The notes below the pieces were generated by a model. That model saw only the letters and a program-made list of their open reading frames with translations. It was not told the DNA's origin and did no database searches. From Psammoneis japonica (taxonomy: Eukaryota), in NCBI GenBank assembly GCA_008632985.1, contig QPGO01000107.1, positions 124,001 to 188,000 on the forward strand: a DNA stretch of 64,000 nt, in the 5' to 3' direction. The translations under genes and the position numbers were made by a program. Every line of letters starts with the position of its first letter. Positions within the stretch are counted from its first letter, which is position 1. This document shows, piece by piece, positions 60,113-64,000 of the stretch.

Positions 60113-62347
60113 ATGATGATATCTACTGCGTGTCGGGCGTTTCAGAATGGGAAACGTACTAGGGCAACACGTCATGAACTTTTGCATAGAATACTCAGTG
60201 ATTTCCGCAGGCATCCACGGATTGTACTAGGAACAAAAAGTCTACCCAATCATGATGGAACGGTGAAATCCTTCACGACAACGGCCGCTGCCTTGAAGAG
60301 ATGGAACCACCCGCCCTTGCAAATATCAAGGAGAAATTCGGTTCGTTTCTTTTCGACTGAAAGTGCAGAGTCGAGCGAAATATTGGCAAAACTAGAAAAT
60401 GGAAACGTCAAAGAGGCCCATGAGTTATTGATTCAAACTCATGAGGAAGGCGAACGAGTTCCTGTAAGCAGTTGTACCCTGGTGATGGACGCGTGGATCG
60501 AATACCAAGAAAACATTGCAAAAGTGGAATCTATGGAAAAGGATCTAAAAGAAGTAATGCATGCTGCAGAATCTACGAATGAAATACTCGACCTTTTGAA
60601 CAGTCAAGAAAACGACGACAACGTGATTACCACGGTTCATCACTACAATTCAGTCTTGTCTGGTTGGTGCCGTGTCTGCACAGTCGGCGGTAGTTCAGAT
60701 ATTTCCAGAGGCGTCCCACAACGTGCTCAACGAGTCCTAGAAGAAATGGAGCGGAAATTACTGACAAAGGACGTGTTGTCATTCAACCTCGTTATGGAAG
60801 CTTGGGGTGCGTCAAATGAACATTTACGCGGCTCCATGGCTCAAGCAGTTTACAAGAAAATGCATCAACAGGGACTTGAACCAAATGGGGATACCCATCG
60901 TATCATGATGCATGCGTGGTGTAATTCAAAACAAAAGCGATGTGCCTTTAACGCGACAGGACATTTACAAAAACTCCAACAAGGACTGAAGAAGGGCCAG
61001 AAAGATATGGAACCAACTTTGGAAGACAATCATTTGGTATTGGACGCCTGGGCCCGAGCCGAGTAAGTGCATCTGCAGTTGGTGTTATTGCAATGGGAAA
61101 AACCTTTGTTGCCTCTCCTTCTCATTACTTCGTTTTGAAACGTCTTGGCCAGAGGAAGGCTTGGATACAGACGAGCGCTCGCGATACTCCAAGCCATGGA
61201 TGATTTGTACATTTCCAGGGCAACCGACATTCGTCCTACCGAAACCACGTTTAGGCTCGTGCTCGAGGCAATCGCGCACAATTCCGTCACTGTACCAGAC
61301 TTGGGGCCCAAGGTTGACAAGTTATTGGTTCAGATGGATGAACGTTTCATGATTCCCGACACGGCGTGCTTTGATGCCGCGATTCGTACGTGGAAGAATA
61401 GCGCCTTGCTGCAAACGACGTGTGCAGCATGCCACGACGATGCGAAAAGAGCTCATCAGCTGCTGAAGCAAATGAACACGGCGTTCCACCAGACTATTGC
61501 AATCGTTGTAAAGCCACAAACCAAGCACTTTAATATGGTGATTGAAGCTTGGGGCACGAGTAAGGAAGAGGAAGCTTCGGCAAAAGCAGAACGACTTTTG
61601 CAACAAATGGAAGCAACATATGCTGATGCGGGCGATGAAGCCGTGAAACCAGATTTGGATAGCTACATTCTAACGTTGAATGCCCTAGCAAAAAGTGCAC
61701 CCGCGGAAAACAAGGTTGACCGAGCTGCAAACATATTCGAAAGACTCAAAATCGCCATCCAGGCTGACGATGAAACGGCCAAGCCCTCTGTGGATGCGTA
61801 CAATGCTGTTTTGAAAGTTTGTGCAACTGCGAGGGACAAGGACAGTACTGCTTCAATCCATGATGACGCTCTCCAAAAGGCTTTTTCGATTTTAACAGAC
61901 ATGACCGCAAACATGTCGGACGATGGCGACGATGGCCCCAACTCTAGCACCTATCAGATTCTTCTCGAAGCGTGCGCCAATCTCATTCTGTCCGGAAAGG
62001 AGCAGATGAGGGCGTTACAAGGTGTTTTTCAGAATTGCTGTCGTGCGGGCCTTGTGGATAAGGATGTCTTGAATACCTTTCGGGAATCTGTGAGCAGCGA
62101 TGTTTACAATGAATTGGTTACTGCCGCGAGCGTAGAGAATGACGGCGCTAGTTCGAACAGTGCCAAAATGGTTCCGGAGGAGTGGACGAGAAATCTGTCG
62201 TATCGAGTTTTGACTGTAGACGGACACAAGCCACCTCCTCTGAGCGTGGAGGGTCTGTTTGTGATTACCCCAGCCATGTATGAACACAGAATGAGGAACT
62301 TGCGTAAGCGCAAGAATCAGCGTCTGCTTCGGGGCGGGCGAATGTAA
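60113..62347 (+). CDS. Pentatricopeptide-repeat-like protein; exons 60113-61062 and 61153-62347
   Basis: PPR-like repeats (HYNSVLSGW, SFNLVMEAW, HFNMVIEAW, KPDLDSY, AYNAVLKVC). A phase-2 GT..AG intron at 61063-61152 joins the two ORFs. Divergent from WDR12. Confidence 0.85.
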
Positions 62348-62439
62348 CAGTGGCACTTTGTTGTGTAGCAAGTATCAGTCAGACTTGCACCAGAATGACA
62401 CCAAAAGCAATTTGATAGACTACACTTATACAACATTCA

Positions 62440-64000
62440 TTACCCTTTCTTTGGAAGCGCAGATTGGAATCCAGCATTCTCCGAAAACCACTTTCGATTC
62501 GCCTCTCGCACTCGGTCCTTGTTTGCATCGGGATTCACAAGCTCCAATCCTTGAACTGGCGTAAACACCATGCTACTCGCCAATCCATTGGTAGTTCCCG
62601 AACTCATCTGGATGGCTCGTTTTCGAGACGCCTTGGTGTTGGCTTGTTTCATCTTGCGCTTTTCTGTCGTTCGCCGAACAGCTCCTCCACCTTCGGCTGT
62701 ATCCAGCATGCCCAAGGTCAGACCCATAGCATCATCACCATATTCCCCGGTACCCTGTGAGAACGCTCGCGTGTTTGCCTGTTTCATCAAGGCTGTCTCC
62801 TGAAACTTCTCCTTAATGGCCCGCATCCTTCTCCCTCCTCGTCTCTTCTTGACGGTCAAATCGGGCCTGAAGATCAAGAACAATTAGAAAATGAAACGAA
62901 AATGTCAGAACCAGATTTCGCTCGACAGAAAAACAGGTAAAGAAAAACAATAGATTGTCATCAAACGCTATGACGCGGTCACGCCATCCTTCACTTTTTT
63001 TCCGGCATAAAGGGGAATAGTACAATGCAATTACAGAAAAACGACAGACAGCAATTCAAACGAGACAAATGCCATCACACCCTCCTTCACTTTGTTGCCA
63101 CAAGGAGTGATACAAAGTAAACGGATGATTGTTTCATCCTGGATGGAGGTTGTGGGCAAGGGCGTTAGAAGGCAGTTCTCGGCAATCAAGTTCTCTTTCT
63201 TTTCTGGGTAAACTTACTTTGGCAATGCCTTGAGGACGCGTGCCTTATCAGGCTCTTCCCACTTTTGAATCTTCGTTTCCAATTCATGCCGAAACTTGAG
63301 TCCTGCTTCGGCACTGCGTGTTCGTCCCGTGTCAACATTGACAAAGTCACACCGAGCTGCCAAGACGACCTTGGCTGCGACCGCCTTGAGTGCCTTCTTC
63401 TGAAGATAGCTCGGGCACTGTTTGACTAAATCACACTCCGCTAAAACTCCCATGTGTGGCTTGGTTGCCATGTTGGAGAGACCAGCTCGTGAGGCTGCAT
63501 TCTGCTTTACCTGTCCTAGTACTTGGAGATTGCACGAGGGAATTTTGGAAAGCTCCGCCAAGCCCCCGGCAAGGCCAATTAGCTGTGCGGCACTGCCAGA
63601 CCCAATGAGAGCGCAGACACTTGGAGCCAGACTCTCCATGCGGCTCTCGACGAATTCAGTCAGTTCTTTTCGAACCTGCAGCACCCGCTCCATATAAGCT
63701 GCAGCCTCCTCGACCGCCTCCAGCTCTGTCTTGGAAAGCGGCCTCCCAGACGTTGTGCTCCCCGCCACGGTGATTGTAATAATTTGATTGGAATTGAGGA
63801 TTTTGTTCAAACCGTCGTTCACCTTGGTGATATCCATCTCGTTTCCAATAACGCGGACGGCGTTCATGTAGCTGAGCGGATCGACAATGAGTTCTTCGAG
63901 TTCGGGAAACTTCTCGTGATATGCGGTGCATAACTCCCCGTGAGCGCGACTCAGTTCGTTTGCCAAGTTCGCCAGGTGCTTGTTGGATTGAAGAATAAGT
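62440..64000 (-). CDS. PRPF31: U4/U6 snRNP protein PRP31 (5'-partial); intron 62867-63217
   Basis: Nop domain (FPELEEL, GGLAELSKIPSCNLQVLG); spliced junction ALPK|PD..KKRRGGRR; C-terminal GLASSMVFTPVQGLELVNP. Confidence 0.95.

Noticed and set aside
62867..63217. Box C/D snoRNA in the long PRP31 intron
   Set aside because: TGATGA and CTGA are only ~60 nt apart, lack a terminal stem, and the CTGAC is positioned as the branch point.

Overview
Eukaryotic nuclear DNA, most likely a diatom (inferred from CoDi-type Copia and Ambal-type LINE relics and short GT-AG introns). Three gene islands are separated by blocks of nested dead transposons. Island 1 (~3.9-9.1 kb) holds NAP1, an HhH-GPD DNA glycosylase, a HAD nucleotidase and MPP6. 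Island 2 (~29.7-33.0 kb) is a Crinkler-like P-loop NTPase/REase gene. Island 3 (~54.8-64 kb) holds a broken VWD gene, WDR12/YTM1, a PPR-like gene and PRP31. The transposon blocks contain two full-length Copia elements with LTRs and TSDs, an APE-RT-RNase H LINE, a TRIM, MITEs, a solo LTR and a 51-bp satellite. The main signal is that TpA is almost erased throughout the transposon blocks, converted to TpG or CpA (A->G on either strand), while the gene islands keep normal TpA. Internal comparisons (paired repeats, LTR pairs, satellite units, Tyr->Cys/His in conserved RT motifs) indicate the change is directional, post-integration, double-stranded, context-selective and separable from CpG decay. 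It looks like a repeat-domain A-to-G hypermutation defence, the mirror image of fungal RIP. All counts are by eye and no database searches were run.
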